Source: Squalus acanthias (lineage: Eukaryota). Taken from it: a DNA stretch of 64,000 nt. Of this stretch, positions 38,910 through 51,371 are shown piece by piece. How positions within the stretch are numbered: position 1 is the stretch's first letter; every line of letters begins with the position of its first letter. The translations under genes and the position numbers were made by a program. The stretch spans positions 30,072,001 to 30,136,000 of the forward strand of contig CM059433.1 in the NCBI GenBank assembly GCA_030390025.1. Direction: 5' to 3'. The notes beneath the pieces were generated by a model that saw only the letters and a program-made list of their open reading frames with translations, was not told the DNA's origin and did no database searches.

Positions 38910-39373
38910 CCTGGAGGAGTCCGTGTTCCATGTTTATATTGAATGGTTGCAGCCCCTCTTCCACTATTTGAAGGGGCTGCTCCTCGATTTTTGGCTGCAC
39001 TTCAGTCCCACGCTCCTGATTTTTGGTCACCTGATGCGGAGGGGAGCGGGCAGATCGGGGGACCTCCTCGTGGGACTGCTCCTGGGCCTGGCCAAAGTGG
39101 CCATCAACAGGTCCAGGCAGCGGGCGGTCGAGGGCGTCATTCGGCCCGACTGCCTGCCTCTCTTCCGTGGTCACGTTCGCACCCGGGTGGCCCTGGAGAT
39201 GGAGAACGCGGTTTCCGCCGGCACGCTCGAGGCCTTCCGCGACCGGTGGGCACCGCAGGGCCTGGACTGCATCATCACCCCCGGCCAACCAAATTTCAAT
39301 TTAATTTGTTAAGTTTCATTTAAGGTATTTTTGTTAAGTTACAGTTTATTTGTTTATGGGTTGCTCAAAAGAG
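38910..39373 (+). mobile_element. L1/Tx1-like LINE 3' end (ORF2 C-terminus)
   Basis: EESVFHVYIE..LLLGLAKVAINRSR..AFRDRW peptide; 15-bp TSD tacaccaagatgctg (38895-38909 / 39374-39388). Confidence 0.78.
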
Positions 39374-39559
39374 TACACCAAGATGCTGACTCCATCCCAA
39401 ATTCTGGGGATTGGGTCACATGTGTATGTGGGATGGGTAGCCCGCGCCTGTAAGGACGCATTGGTGGTACCCACCCAGATTTCCTCGCAGTAATTTTGGA
39501 TTTGGGGTCTCCTGCTCTGACAGAGGGAAGAATGCCCAGGAAAGCCCAAACCCCATCTG

Positions 39560-40072
39560 GGCACTGCACCTCAGAAAGGATATATTAGTCTTGGAGGGGG
39601 GTGCAGCGCAGAGTCACCAGAATGATACCGGGGCTAAAAGGGTTAATTTATGAGGACAGGTTGCATGGTTTGTATTCCCTTGAGTACAGAAGATTAAGGG
39701 GTGTTCTAATTGAGGTGTTTAAGATGATTAAATGATTTGATAGGTTAGATCGAGAGAAACAATCTGGGAGAGTCCAGGGTAAGGGGACAATTAAAATTAG
39801 AGTCAGGTCGTTCAGGGGTGATGTCAAGCAGCACTTCTTCACACAAAGGGTAGTGGAAATCTGGAACTCTCTCCAGCAGAAAGCTGTTGAGGCTGAGGCT
39901 GGGGTCAATTGAAAATTTCAAAACTGAGATTGATAGATTTTTGTTAGGTAAGGGTATTAAGGGTTATGGAACTAAGGTAGATAGCTGGAGTTAAGCTACA
40001 GATCAGCCATGATCTAATTCAATGGTGGAACAGGCTCGTGGGGCTGAAAGGCCTACACTGGTTCCTATGTCC
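39560..40072 (+). mobile_element. CR1 3' end
   Basis: Degenerate QRR.TRMIPG / RRLRG / FFTQRVV.IWNSL coding remnants and tail. Confidence 0.82.
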
Positions 40073-40477
40073 CTAATATTTGGGCAATTGGATTCTGCAG
40101 TTCTGTCCTTTCTGTAATTGGGCTCACTGGTGAAGGTCATCGATTCTCTCTGGGATCAATTATCTTTGGCTGTTGAAGCTTTGGGGCCTTTCCTGGGGCC
40201 CCACTTCCTAGAATCCCATGCAATGAGTCCCCTCCCTCTCCAAAACTAACACACCACTTCAGAGAATCAAGTTGATGCCAATGTGAGCACACAACCATTG
40301 GTCTCCAGCTGTACAGGAAAAGGTAGGCTAGTCCTTGTTCACCAATTCCAGCTTTGCTGCCTCCACCCCATGCCAATCATTCTCAGCTGGGAGACTCGCC
40401 AAGTTGCAGGCGATCACTCCCCGCATCTATTTGTGCTCAGAGCAGATTTAAAAAAAAATGAATGATAGCTAAATTTG

Positions 40478-40931
40478 AAAGAAAGACTTGCTTTAATTCA
40501 CGCTTTTCACGACCTCAGGATGTCCCAAAAGCACTTTACAGCCAATTAAGTGCTTTTCAAATGTAGTCACTGCTGTAACGTAGGAAACACCGCAGCCACT
40601 TTGTGCACGGCAAGGTCCCAGAAACAGCAATGTGATAATGACCACGGTTTTAGTGATGGTAGTTGAGGGATAAATATTGGTTAGCACACGAGAGAACCTC
40701 CCTGCTCTTCTTTGAAATAGTGCTATGGGAACTTTTACGTCCACCCACTGAGAGGGCCGTGGTTTAATGTCTCATACAAAAGCCAGCACCTCTGACAGTG
40801 CAGCACTCCTGCAGCACTGCGCTGTGAGTGACAACTTAGTCGATGGTGGTTGAGTTTCTGGAGTGTGACTTGAACCCACAATCTCCTGACTCAGAGGTGA
40901 GAGTGTTACCCACTGAGCCACAACTGACACC
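40478..40931 (-). mobile_element. DeuSINE-type SINE
   Basis: Shared head, core and tail. Confidence 0.8.
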
Positions 40932-41596
40932 TTGTGCCATTCAAAGATGATGCCTAGACTTGCTGTCATAAACTGAGCACCCTCCTGCATTCCCAATCCT
41001 GAAGCATGTTAAACTACTGTACAGACATGCAAAACGGTGCCATAAATGTGCCCCCCAGTAAATATTGTGTTGAGAACATGTACCATGACTAGATCAATAT
41101 AAAAACCAATGTATGATTTTACACTTTTGCAAAAAAAATTAAGTTGTTTATTGATCAATAATTCATTGTCAAATATTTGCCTGTTTTCCTGTTTCAATCT
41201 GTTTATTTGTAATGATTGGCTTCATGAAATAAAAACTTTTATTATAGATGAGAATTTTCTTTAGACAGCGAATTGTTCTGATCTGGAATGCACTGCCTGA
41301 AAGAGTGGTGGAAGCAGATTCAATAGTACTTTCAAAAGGGAATTGGATGTCTATATAAAAAGGAAAACTTTGCAGGGCTCTGGGGAAAGAGCGGGGGAGT
41401 AGGACAAGCACGATGGGCTGAATGGCCTACTTCTGTGCTCTATGATTCTATGACTATATAAAAAAGCATCCGATTACCTCAATTGTTTTGAATAACGACT
41501 TCCTGGTTGATTTTTGTCCATAATAATTTAGTATTAAGTACAGAGGAGTGCAAGAGGATCCAGGGCTTATAAACAGCAAGTCCTGGCTTGATTTGG

Positions 41597-42056
41597 TGTC
41601 AGCCATGGCACACACTCATCTGAGTCAAAAGGTTGTGGCTTCAAGTCCCACGCTAGATACTTGAGCACATAATCCAGGCTGACACTTCAGTGCGGTACTG
41701 AGGGAGTGCTGCACTGTTGGAGGTGCCTTCTTTTGGATGAGATGTTAAACCAAGGCCCCGTCTGTTCTCTCAGATGGACGTAAAAGATCCTATGACACTA
41801 TTGGAAGAAAAGCTGGGGAATTCTCCCCAGTGTCCTGCAAACATTAATCCCTCATCAGACATCACTAAAACAAACAGATTATCTGGTCATTGTCTCATTG
41901 CTGTTTGTGGGACCTTGCTGTGTGTAAATTGGCTACTGCGTTTCCTACATTACAACAGTGAGTACACTTCAAAAGTACTTCATTGGCTGTGAAGCGCTTT
42001 GGAACATCCTGAAGTCATGGTAAGCATGATATAATGGCAAGCTGTTTCTTTCTTTC
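41597..42056 (+). mobile_element. DeuSINE-type SINE (a CR1 tail fragment lies at about 41245-41453)
   Basis: Shared head, core and tail. Confidence 0.82.
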
Positions 42057-42413
42057 TATTTGTGAATTAATAACGTAGTTGTTAATCATAACATTTTATT
42101 TGCAAGCTCTAGGCACTAATGCATGCTGCGAGTTGTAACCAGTAACCTGGTGAGTCTCCTGGAAGAGAGTAATTGTTCTGGAAACTCCCCTGAGCTCAAG
42201 TTGAGGCTTCTCGCATAGGCACAGGCCTTAGAAAGAAAACATTAATGCAGGCATTTCAAACGTAGAAAATTTTATTATATTAAAAATGGAAAGAAAGGAC
42301 TTGCATTTAAATAGCACCATTCGCAACCTCAGGACGCCCCAAAGCACATTACAACCAAAATGCACATAGCAAGCTCCCACAAACAGAAATGAAATAAATG
42401 ACGAGGTCATCTG

Positions 42414-42607
42414 TGTCGTAAGAATGAGCCTTACGCGTGGTGAACTTAAAGTAAGCTTTAATCAACTAAAAAGGTGCTACATACAAAAGAGGTCTTACTC
42501 TATGCCTCTCCAGGATCCAACTGATCAGTCCAGTATTTATCCTGGACTAATCACAGGAAGTGATGCAATAAAGTTCGAGTCACAGGAAGCTGTATTGTGT
42601 TACCACA
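42414..42607 (-). repeat. 3' LTR
   Basis: No differences from 46645-46838 on base-by-base reading; preceded on the - strand by PPT GGGGGGGGAGAA (42608-42619). Confidence 0.97.
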
Positions 42608-42625
42608 TTCTCCCCCCCCAAAAGA

Positions 42626-45600
42626 TTAGGAGGCCGGGATGCTCCCTCCATTTCGTAGCCGCTGGACGAGGGAGAGCCGCACCCGTTTGGGTTCTCGTAG
42701 CAGTAGAGGGCCCCTAGCCCGTTTACCCGCCGCGGGCCGTGGACCAGAGTCCGAGTGATCCAGCCCGCTCTGTGAGGGGTCAGGACGATCCTGACTGTGT
42801 ACTGGTGCCCGTACGGGTGTCGGGCAGGGCTGTGGCAGATCCGTTTCCGAGCGTACGTTACGGGGTGGATCGTGGCTGCGCGTGCGAGCCCCGACGGGCT
42901 CATAGTCAGTCTGCCCCAGGTCGGCACGCTGGAGTGAGGTACCAGCCGGCGTCAGATCCAGATCGTGATGAGAGGCACCTGGCGAGCCCAGAGATGTGCC
43001 TGGTACAATATCATCCCCTGGTGTCCCTCTATGTTTCGGCGGGCAGGGAGCCAGATCCCGCAATGACACGGTAGATTCCCGACCGTCAGGATACCGAATA
43101 TAGGCGTAGGTAGGGTTGACGTCAGTGAGCTCAACCTCATCTACCAGGGGGTCATTCTTAGACGCCCGGACATATCTTCGGAGCAGCACTGGTCCCGGTG
43201 TAGTCAGCCACGTTGGGAGAGATATCCCATAGGATGAGCGACGCTGAAATCGGAAGAACCGTTCATGAGGCGTCGTATTTGTGGCGGTCGAAAGGAGGGA
43301 CCGTGTGGAGTGTAATGCGTCTGGAAGTACTGCTTCCCATTGCTGGTTGGGTAGGCCCCGAGATCTCAAAGCCAGACGTACCGCATTCCAGATGATAGCG
43401 TTAAAACGCTCGACTTGCCCATTCCCGACCGGATGATAAGGCGTCGTTCTGCTGGCAGCAATACCCCGTTCCGAGAGATAGGCCTTGAGTTCTCCTGACA
43501 TAAAAGAAGGGCCCCGATCCGAATGAACATAGGATGCCATGCCACAGAAAGCAAATACCTGCTCAAGGCAGCTGATAACCGTGGGCGTCAGCATATTGGG
43601 GCAGGGAAAGGCAAACGGAAAACGGGAATACTCATCGACCATGGTCAATAGATAAGTGTTGCGAGTTGAAGAGGGCAACGGCCCCTTAAAATCGATGCTA
43701 AGCCGTTGCATTGGCTGGGTCGCATGTATGAGTATACCACCCGAGGGGCGGAAAAACTGAGGTTTCAATTCCGCACAGACTCTGCAGTCCAAGCACATCT
43801 TCTTTACATCCCCGGTAGAGAATGGGAGATTTCGGGACCGCACGAAGTGTAGCATGCGAGTAACGCCCAGATGACACAACCCATCATGGATGTCTACGAG
43901 CGTAGAGGGTGCCATGGCGGAGCAGAATGCTCGTGTGAGGGTATCCGGAGCCACATTCTCCTTGCCAGGTCGATAGTGGATGGTGTAACCAAAAGAGGCC
44001 AATTCCAGCCGCCAAAGCTGGATTTTATTATTTTTAATTTTGGTCCGTTTTCGATTATCGAGCATGAAGGCGACCGATCGCTGGTCCGTGATTAAGGTAA
44101 AGTGCTGGCGAGCTAGGAGATGACTCCACCTCCGTACTGCCTCTATGATGGCTGTAGCTTCTTTCTCGATTGGAGGATAATGTAGCTCAGCCCCTTGAAA
44201 AGTCCTGGACAAAAATGCCACCGGACGACCTTCCTGATTCAGAGTGGCCGAGATCGCCACCTCCGAGGCATCACACTCAACAACAAAAGGAAGACTCTCA
44301 TCGATGGAGTGAAGAGCCGCTTTCTCCAACTGTTTTTTCAGGAGGTTAAAGGCTGCAACAGCCGCTGTGTCTAGTGGGAATGTGCTGGCCTTCAGTAGAG
44401 GTTGGATTCGGTCCGAGAAGTTAGGAATCCATTTAGCATAGTATGCAAACAGGCCGAGGGCCCGGCGCAAGGAGGCCGGATTCTTAGGTGGCGGGAGTTC
44501 TTGGAGTGGGTCAGGTTTAATGATGCCATTGCCCACACAATAGCCAAGGATGTTGATGGTTGGTTGTGACTCAATGGATTTAGCCGCATTTAATGTCAAA
44601 TTACGGTGCTGGAGTGCATCCCAAAATCGTTGGAGATTGGCGTCATGTTCCCGCTGATTGCGACCTGCGACAGTAATATTGTCCAGATAAGGAAACGTAT
44701 CCTTCAAGTCTTCCTGTTTGACCAGGTCATCCATTGCTCGCTGGAAGACAGCCACTCCATTAGTGACCCCAAAGGGGAGGCGACGAAATTGATACAGCCG
44801 TCCATTGGCTTCAAAGGCCGTATACTGCTTGTCTGAGACCTTCAAGGGTACCTGATGATAGGCACTTTTCAGATCATATGTTGAGAACACCGTGTACTCA
44901 GCCAGTTTATTAACCATATCATCGATGCGCGGCAATGGGTATGCGTCCAAGTCCGTATATTGATTGATGGTCTGTGAATAGTCAATGCACAGCCGTTTCT
45001 TGTGAGGTTGTAGAGGGTTCTTAACAATAACGACCTGGGCGCGCCATGGCGACGAACAAGGCTCGATGATATCCTTTGCTAAAAGCCGAGAAATCTCAGC
45101 CACAATAAAAGACTGGTCTTCCTGACTGAAACGTCGTGACTTTGTTATAATCGGTTTGCATCGAGGAGGGATACTGGTAAACAGTGAGGGTTCATCCAGT
45201 GAAGCTGCTGACAATGCACAGAACGGTAATCGAGGTAGTATATTAGAAATAGTGAGTTCAGGTTTGGATCCGCCGAACTCAATGGTGAGCTTCTTATGCT
45301 GCTTTTGAAAATCCAGCCCTAAGATAAGATCACTACATAAGTCCTTGAGCACCAAAAGCCGGGTGGAGGGATACCTGTGACCATTAAGTGTTATTTCAAC
45401 CATACAAAAGCCAGAAATTCTGGTATTAAGTGATGACTGAGCCATCGCAATTGCCTGGTCCGATGGGAAAACATGTAGCTTTAACTCTGCAACAATCTGT
45501 TCCCTAATGAAACTATCAGTGCTACCTGAGTCAATTAAGGCATCTAAAGTATGTCCATTAATTGATGCTTTTGTAGCTGCATGGAATAGGTTCTGAGGAC

Positions 45601-46566
45601 AAGCAGCTGTAATTGGTGTCGTTGCACAAAGAGTGGCTGAAACTCTAGGTGTGTTTCTTCGAGAGAAAACCCGAGAGGAAGCACGATAGATTTTAGCCGG
45701 AACATCTTGATAGGCCCTTACCGGGGCAGTTCGGTAGGACTTAGCTTGATAAGCCCTCGTAGAGGCTCTTGATAGGCAAACCTTTGCAAAATGACCCTTT
45801 TTGTTGCAATGACTGCAAAACGCATTGCGAGCAGGGCAGAATTTCCGAGGGTGAAACTCATCACCACAAAAGAAGCATTTCTTAGATTGCCAAGAGGCTG
45901 CCACAGTGGGGTCATCATCCTCTTCATCAGTGAAGTCATCAGATTGATCGTCAGGGATAAAGTCCTCCCGAATAGAGTTCACCTGTGGCCTCTTAAATTG
46001 CCTGACTGTAGTTAAGGTAGTAGACCGAGGTCTGGGCACCATATAAAGGTCTGTATTTCTTTTTGCCAGATCTAGAGAGCAAGCCATGTCATAAGCTCTC
46101 TGAAGCTCAAGTGTCTTACTTTCCAGTAGACGCTGGCGTATAAATGGGGAGGCAAGCCCGCAGATGAAAGCATCACGGATCATTTCTTCACGGTACAGCT
46201 CAGCTGAGGCCGCCTGAAAGTTACAGTCCATACTAAGTCTGCGAAGCTCTTGGAGGAATTTATCAATGGATTCCTCCGGCCCTTGTTGGGCTGTAGCTAG
46301 TAGATGTCTGGCATAGACCTCATTCGGTGTCTTAGTATATAGTCTTTTAAGCGTCCGAATTGCCTCCTCGTAACTGCCCCATTCCTCCACATACTGAAAT
46401 ACATTCGGGGTGACACAGTTGATGAGTATCCGCAACTTTGAGTCATCATCAGCCTTGCAATATTCAAGAAAATTGTCAAACGTGCGATACCAGTGTTTCC
46501 ACACCTTACCGGCTGCTGGGGTGTTTGGGTCAAGTCAAGACGCGATGGTTTAAGGATGTTTTCCAT
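42626..46566 (-). CDS. Gag-Pol polyprotein with a 1-nt frameshift near codon 12; 1292-aa open frame from 46504
   Basis: Double zinc knuckle CFFC..H..C/CSHC..GH..C (about 45776-45877); protease LIDSGS (about 45521-45538); RT with YLDN (44678-44689); RNase H ECDAS/TDQ; integrase HHCC plus SIDF/SDRG/ERFN; no env or chromodomain recognised. Confidence 0.92.
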
Positions 46567-46644
46567 GATGGGTGATTCCCTGGATCCTTAGTTCCGAGTT
46601 CGTCCAAAAAGTTTGAGTGCGAAGTTTTCCAAAGTTGATTAAAT

Positions 46645-46838
46645 TGTCGTAAGAATGAGCCTTACGCGTGGTGAACTTAAAGTAAGCTTTAATCAACTAA
46701 AAAGGTGCTACATACAAAAGAGGTCTTACTCTATGCCTCTCCAGGATCCAACTGATCAGTCCAGTATTTATCCTGGACTAATCACAGGAAGTGATGCAAT
46801 AAAGTTCGAGTCACAGGAAGCTGTATTGTGTTACCACA
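46645..46838 (-). repeat. 5' LTR
   Basis: TGTGG...CGACA termini; duplicated CTTCCTGTGA motif, TATA-like GATAAATA and ATTAAA poly(A)-like signal. Confidence 0.97.
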
Positions 46839-47839
46839 ATCTGTCTTAGTGATGTTGTTTGAGGGATAAATATTGGCCAGCACTCCCTCAGTACTGCACC
46901 ACATGTGCCAGCCTAGATTATATGTGCTCAAGTCTCTGGAGTGAGACTTGAATCCACAACCTTTGTAAGTTTAATAACTTTATGTAAATGCTCAGATTTT
47001 TATTGATAATACTCTTAACTTTATTTCTAGTAGTATGTCAACAGCTCAGTAGAGAATCCAAGGTAGCAGCTGAAAGAGTGTTCAAATATGATTTGGAGTG
47101 ACTTGATTGGTTTGTTTTGGCAGCTTTTGCAGAGTGGCTTATTTTTGATTTGCTGCATGATTAATAAATTTAATTCTTGCTTGCTACTCGCTAATGGGTA
47201 CATTCCCTACCTCTTCACTTGTGATTTATTGCTGTTTTATGAATATGCAATGTGAGGCAATTGGGTACAAGTGTGATACATATTTTGCGTATTAGGTGTG
47301 ATGTCTCGGGAAGTTTCCTAGCTTTAATGACCCTATGCGAGGATTCTCATTCCAATATATTATAGTAACATAGAATGATACAACACAGAAGGAGGCCGTT
47401 TGGCCCATCATGCCTGTGCCGGCTGTTTGCAGGAGCCATCCAATTAGTTCCACTCCCCTGCTCTTTCCCCATAGCCCTGCAAACTCATCCCCTTAAAGTA
47501 TCTATCCAGCCACCTTTTAAAAGTTATTATTGAATCTGCTTCCACATTTCAGGCAGTGCATTCCAGATCATAACTTGCTGCGTTAAAAAAAAAATTCTCC
47601 TCATCTTGTCTCTGGTTCTTTTGCCTGCGTCCTCTGGTTACTGACCCTCCTGTAATTTTACAAATAGGAAGTTAAAAAAAAAACTGCAAATGCTGGAAAT
47701 TTCAAACCAAAACAACTGGAAGCACACAGCATCTGTGGAGGGAACAGATAGACAACATTTTGGACTGGGGCCCTTCTTCAGAACTGGAAAATGAAAGATG
47801 AACAAACATTTTAATAGAATCGGAAGAAAGGGGGAGTGA

Positions 47840-48150
47840 GGGCAACACGGTGGCATAGTGGTTAGCACTGTTGCCTCACAGCGCCAGGGACCCGGGTTCG
47901 AATCTGGCCTCGGGTGACTGTCTGTGTGGAGTTTGCACATTCTTCCCGTGTCTGCGTGGGTTTCCTCCGGGTGCTCCGGTTTCCTCCCACAGTCCAAAGA
48001 TGTGCGGGTTAGGTTGATTTGGCTATGATAAATTGACCCTTAGAGTTAGGGGGATTAAATACGTGGGGTTACGGGGATAGGGTGGGATATGTGTCGGTGC
48101 AGGCTTGATATGGGCCAAAATGGCCTCTATCTGCATTGTGGGGATTCTGT
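47840..48150 (+). mobile_element. V-SINE (HE1-type) short-tail variant, next to a CR1 tail (about 47367-47650, -) and a decayed Penelope pLTR (about 47680-47830)
   Basis: Near-identical to 1946-2251. Confidence 0.88.
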
Positions 48151-48439
48151 GAGTGGAGAAAGCAAACACAGAAAGGAAGCATCAGTAGAATGATTTTTAG
48201 ATGATGTAACAGTCCATCTTAGTCAGGCAATGGGAAGAACATTAAAGAAACAAAGAATTATGAGTTGCTGAGGCAGAGAAGCCCATCCAGGGAAAAGGGG
48301 AGAAATTGGGAAAAACGGAAAACATATAAAGCCAGCATATATTCTGTAAGTTTCCGTGATTACCTTTGGGATAAGGGAGTATATATTGGAAAATTCTCCT
48401 TCAGAAGACAAAATGGTGGTGGTCAGGTCATATTTACTT

Positions 48440-48930
48440 AGGCAGTCCCTCGGAACCAAGGATGACTTGCTTCCATATTAAAAATGAGTTCGCAGGTGAC
48501 TGATGAGTCCAATGCGGGACCTACAGTCTCTGTCACAGGTGGGGCAGACGGTGGTTGAAGGGGTGGTTGGGTGGGGTGCTTGGGTTGATGTGCGCTCCTT
48601 GCGCTGCCTACGCTTGGCTTCCGCTTGCTCCCGGCGAAGAGACTCGAGGTGTTCGGCGCCTTCCCGGATGCTTCTCCTCCACTTTGTGCGGTCTTAGGCC
48701 AGGGATTCCCAGGTGTCGGTGGGGATGTTACACTTTTTCAAGGAGGCTTTGAGGGTGTCCTTGAAGCATTTCCTCTGCCCACCTGGGGCTCTCTTGCCAT
48801 GCCGGAGCTCCGAGTAGAGCGCTTGTTTTGGGAGTCTCGTATCGGGCATGCGGACGATGTGACCCGTCCATCGGAGCTGATCGAGCGTGGTCAAAACTTC
48901 GATGCCGGGGATGTTGGCCTGAGCAAGAAC
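48440..48930 (-). mobile_element. RTE-clade LINE 3' fragment
   Basis: QLRWTGHIVRMPDTRLPKQALYSEL peptide; homologous to 51384-51873. Confidence 0.88.
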
Positions 48931-49362
48931 ACTGCATACATGGCTTGTGGACAACATGGACTTGATGGGCCAATTGACCTTTTCTGGTTACATGCTTGAT
49001 GTCCTTTTATTCTTATGAGGACCTTGGTGGTCATTTTCGCCTTCACCGCTTGGGCTCCCAGTGGAGAGCAGCACCCCCGCCCCCCCGGAGCCTGCAGCTC
49101 GCCGGTGACATGCAAGTAACCCCCGAGCCTCAAGGTGGCTCAGGCCTCGTGCCAGTGTGAACAGGCGGGTGCAGTGGATACTCTGCCAACTTCAAGCCTG
49201 AAGGCAAACCTTTCTTTCTTTTACATATTTGCCAGTCATCCAGGTTGTTTTACTTTCTGCAGCCCACATTGGCATAATGCACAGTTTTGCTGGCTTCAAA
49301 CTTGGCTTTTTGATCCCATAGTCTAGGTGAAGTCCAATGTCAGATCCATGAGAAACACTACA

Positions 49363-50000
49363 AGGGGGCGATTTTCAATGGCCACCCCATTACCACCCAA
49401 GACCTGACTGCAATTTTCAAGCGGGCCTGTAAACGGGCGAGCAGCACGCCCACCTGAAACGGGCATAAGTAGGGTTGCCAACTCTGGGTGGAGATATTTC
49501 TGGAGATGTCATCACATGACCTCCTGCCTCCAACCGCCCTGCTTCCACATTCCCCCCACTGGTTGTCCGACATGTCCATCTTCATGGTGCACCGTCGTCC
49601 CACACCAATTGTGAAGTAGTCTCTTCATTACCGGCGTGGATGATTCTCGACTGTCAGTCAAAAAGCCTTTTTTCCCCATGTCCAATATTTTTATAACTAG
49701 TAAATAAAAATGTTCAAAAGAAATGTTTTAAAAAAACACATTTTTTAATGTCCCTATGATTTTTCTCCTGGGTTGCTCGCAACAGTGTCCTGGAGATTAA
49801 TCCACTTCCTGGAGACTCCAGGGCAACCTTGGAGGGTTGGCATAAGGTTGATTTACTATGCAAAACGGGGACCTGCTGGTTGTATGACCCCATTGCAATT
49901 TTCAGGTGCAAGTGGGTGGAGTCTATTTGTAGCTGAAGTGAATGGTCCAACCAGCTGTCCTTAAAGGGACCGCTGGAGGCCACTCAACAAAGGGCCCAGG
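49363..50000. mobile_element. Decayed MITE containing a nested hAT-like element (about 49470-49838)
   Basis: Inner element begins tagggttgcca and is flanked by 8-bp ggcataag repeats (49462-49469 / 49839-49846); right TIR incomplete. Confidence 0.5.
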
Positions 50001-50339
50001 GAATGTGTATTTTTGTAGCTATGTAAACTTGTCACACTGTAGTCAGACCCTTTCCCCGCAGTGAATGCCCTGCAATGCCACCACTAGTGGAAGGGTTTAA
50101 TTAGCATGACAACTTTACTTAGGCAGTTCCCATTATAGATGTGGACATAAGAATTTATAATATAAATATAAAAATAAGGAACAATAATCAGGACTTTAAA
50201 AAGGGGACTGAATTACATCGGTGTCCAATTTCCCCCATCCTTTAACCTTCACCTGAAGACTACACATCCCATATGCAAAGCCACAGGAGACTGACTAGCA
50301 CTATATTAAAATTCTTACATCTGTGTGCACTTTTTTTAA

Positions 50340-51124
50340 AAATTCGTTTTTATGGGATGTGGACGTCGCTGGCAAGGCCAGCATTTATTGCCCATCCCTA
50401 ATTGCCCTTGAGAAGGTAGTGGTGAGCCGCCTTCTTGAACCGCTGCAGTCCGTGTGGTGAAGGTACTCCCACAGTGCTGTTAGGTAGGGACTTCCAGGAT
50501 TTTGACTCAGTGACGATGAAGGATCGGCAATATACTTCTAAGTCAGGATGGTGTGTGACTTGGAGGGGAACTTGGAGGTGGTGGTGGTCCTATGTGCCTG
50601 CTGCCCTTGTCCTTCTACTTGGAAGAGGTTGCAGTTTTGGGAGGTGCTGCCAAAGAAGCCTTGGCGAGTTGCTGCAGTGCATCTTGTAGATGGAACGCAC
50701 TGCAGCCACGGTACGCCGGTGGTGGAGGGAGTGAATGTTTAAGGTGGTAGATGGGGTGCCAATCAAGCGGGCTGCTTTGTCCCGGATGGTGTCGAGCTTC
50801 TTGAGTGTTGTTGGAGCTGCACTCATCCAGGTAAGTGGAGAGTATTCCATCACACTCCTTACTTGTGCCTTGTAGATGGTAGAAAGGCTTTGGGGAGTCA
50901 GGAGGTGAGACACTCGCCGCAGAATACCTATATCAGAATACCTAGCCTCCGACCTGCTCTTGTTGCCACAGTATTTATGTGGCTGGTCCAGTTAAGTTTC
51001 TGGTCAATGGTGACCCCCAAGATGTTGATAGTGGGGGATTTGGCGATGGTAATGCCATTGAATGTCAAGGGGCGGTTGGAGATAGTCATTGCCTGACACT
51101 TCTGTGGCGCGAATGTTACCTGCC
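50340..51124 (-). mobile_element. CR1-group (Zenon-like) LINE 3' part
   Basis: SHLLTPQSLSTIYKAQVRSVMEYS peptide and shared tail. Confidence 0.88.
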
Positions 51125-51371
51125 TAATGAGTTACCTGAAACCCTGATGATATGTTAGGAGAACATTAACAACTGGACAATGCCACAAGTTGACTGCAAT
51201 TATGAACAACAATGGAAGGGCGTTAACACCTAAACAATGCCATGAGCTAAGCGCCCATCGCCATAAGGGGAATCACATTATCTTTGTGCTGTGTTAGCAG
51301 CAGGGGAGGAGATATGGAGTTATCTCTGACCTTGCAGTTCTGCATAGCTCAGGAGATTGGAAGAACAAGAT

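Larger units (their letters stand above)
42414..46838 (-). mobile_element. Full-length Ty3/Gypsy LTR retrotransposon (4425 bp), inserted into a DeuSINE (about 42289-42413 and 46844-46962)
   Basis: Identical 194-bp TG..CA LTRs; 5-bp TSD ATCTG (42409-42413 / 46839-46843); polypurine tract; gag-PR-RT-RH-IN order. Confidence 0.97.

Noticed and set aside
42626..43050. Env or chromodomain after the integrase
   Set aside because: Pro/Arg-rich low-complexity tail with no signal peptide, transmembrane segment or chromodomain aromatic pattern recognised.
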